This document shows positions 62,945 through 64,000 of a stretch of 64,000 bases of DNA, in pieces. The translations under genes were made by a program, and so were the position numbers. The notes under the pieces were generated by a model. It was not told where the DNA came from. It was given only the letters and a program-made list of their open reading frames with translations, and made no database searches. The stretch spans positions 84,130-148,129 of the forward strand of contig JAYGDX010000413.1 in NCBI GenBank assembly GCA_046582655.1, given 5' to 3'. The stretch's first letter is position 1. The number at the start of each line of letters is the position of its first letter. Source of the DNA: Candidatus Poribacteria bacterium (GTDB lineage: Bacteria > Poribacteria > WGA-4E > UBA9662).

Positions 62945-63787
62945 TTATACGCGAACAGCAAATTCACATCCTTCTTGGAACCAATCCCGTAGAATTGTTT
63001 CCTCGGAATAAGTCCGTTTGGCCATTATTCCTTTCGCCTTAGACAAATCAACAGTCGCGCTGATGATGTGATCCCCAAAAAAACCAGCTTCTTTAACCAC
63101 ATTGCCATCGGGATCAATAATTTTCGAATTCCCATGTGAGGAACCAGGCGCATACATATCAGTGGGATTTGCTGGCGTATTGGCCATGATAAGGTAGATA
63201 CCATTTTCAGTGGCTCTTGATATCGGCATAGCGTGGTAAGCAGAAAGCTTATGTTCACTGATTAGACCTGACTCACAGGAGCAGAAAAAGCAAATCTGTG
63301 CACCCATTGCAGCTGGAAGTTTGACAAGCTCGGGGTAACGCACGTCATGACAGATGATAAAACAACAATCAACACCTGCCAAGTTCACAATTGGTAATTT
63401 CCCACGGTTGTTAAGACACCATTTTTCACCAGCAAGAAAGGTTTTTGCGTATCGATATCTTAATTCGCCATTCCAATCGAAGATTGCTAAATCATTATAC
63501 CAATTTCCGTTCTGATGACTGGCTGACCCCACAATAACGTTAATATGATATTTTCTGCAAGCGCTGCTGATGTAATACTCTGCTTTGGCAAGAGTAGCCG
63601 GTGACATTTGATCCCAATAATCAGGACAACAACAGTATCCAAACAAACATCCTTCAGGAAAAGCTACAATATCAATGTTCTCTTCTGCACATGATTCAAT
63701 GAGATTAAGTACTTTTGATACATTTTCTTCTACCTCTTCACTAGACAGTAATTGACAGGCTGCAACTTTAACCGAATTTTCGGACAT
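62945..63787 (-). CDS. Carbon-nitrogen hydrolase (nitrilase family)
   Basis: Catalytic E-K-C: FPEG, YAK, ICHDVRYPE; 'GNSKIIDPDG'. Confidence 0.92.
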   Translation of the reverse strand: MSENSVKVAACQLLSSEEVEENVSKVLNLIESCAEENIDIVAFPEGCLFGYCCCPDYWDQMSPATLAKAEYYISSACRKYHINVIVGSASHQNGNWYNDLAIFDWNGELRYRYAKTFLAGEKWCLNNRGKLPIVNLAGVDCCFIICHDVRYPELVKLPAAMGAQICFFCSCESGLISEHKLSAYHAMPISRATENGIYLIMANTPANPTDMYAPGSSHGNSKIIDPDGNVVKEAGFFGDHIISATVDLSKAKGIMAKRTYSEETILRDWFQEGCEFAVRV

Positions 63788-63835
63788 TTGGTATTCCTCG
63801 TACAAGTATCATGCAATATAGACCTTAGAATATTA

Positions 63836-64000
63836 GGGCTTGTTAACATTCACACCAACCAGATGATGGTACACACCAAGTTGAGCCTAGACATGAAGTT
63901 GCGATCAAGCTTTTCATAGCGCCTGGCAATACGGCGAAACTGTTTAATTCTATTGAAGAAACGCTCCACCAGGTTGCGGTCTTAGTACCAGTGATGATCA
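63836..64000 (-). mobile_element. 3' end of an IS5-family element (transposase C-terminus with an internal stop); truncated by the window edge
   Basis: 'WY*DRNLVERFFNRIKQFRRIARRYEKLDRNF...IWLV*' followed by candidate terminal IR AATGTTAACAAGCCC and TAA. Confidence 0.85.

Noticed and set aside
1..64000. CRISPR arrays, rRNA, prophage or recognisable defence genes; the many short antisense or nested ORFs in the track
   Set aside because: No regularly spaced repeats or hallmark motifs were seen; nested ORFs are shadows of well-supported genes

Overview
Bacterial chromosomal window of moderate-to-low GC. It probably comes from Candidatus Poribacteria or a relative; this is inferred from a cohesin protein ending in the 'AVEP..K..T.WG.IK' tail and from FlgD/T9SS-like C-terminal domains. 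Housekeeping genes are nadB, clpB, dapB, ilvD, tsaC-tsaD, hisC, hflKC, moaA-sufCBD and tRNA-Leu(GAG). Sugar catabolism genes include a putative L-galactose to fructuronate trio with uxaE, rhaB and a DUF4432 epimerase. There are several secreted or surface proteins (VWA, HEAT, cohesin, FN3, PorV-like barrels). Decay is visible in pseudogenes (xylF, fkp-like, FlgD-like remnant), two single frameshifts and the end of an IS5-family element at the right edge. The most unusual feature is a ~9 kb locus (13389-22368) divergent from a putatively sigma54-driven clpB. It encodes an NPF-repeat coiled-coil protein, a PspA/IM30 (ESCRT-III superfamily) protein, a substrate-binding/OmpA fusion, a complete ABC importer, a 2TM coiled-coil protein and a classical AAA+ ATPase. 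A second SBP-OmpA plus VWA module lies about 5 kb downstream. This is a candidate uncharacterised membrane-remodelling or envelope-stress system. All family calls come from motif recognition, not database searches.
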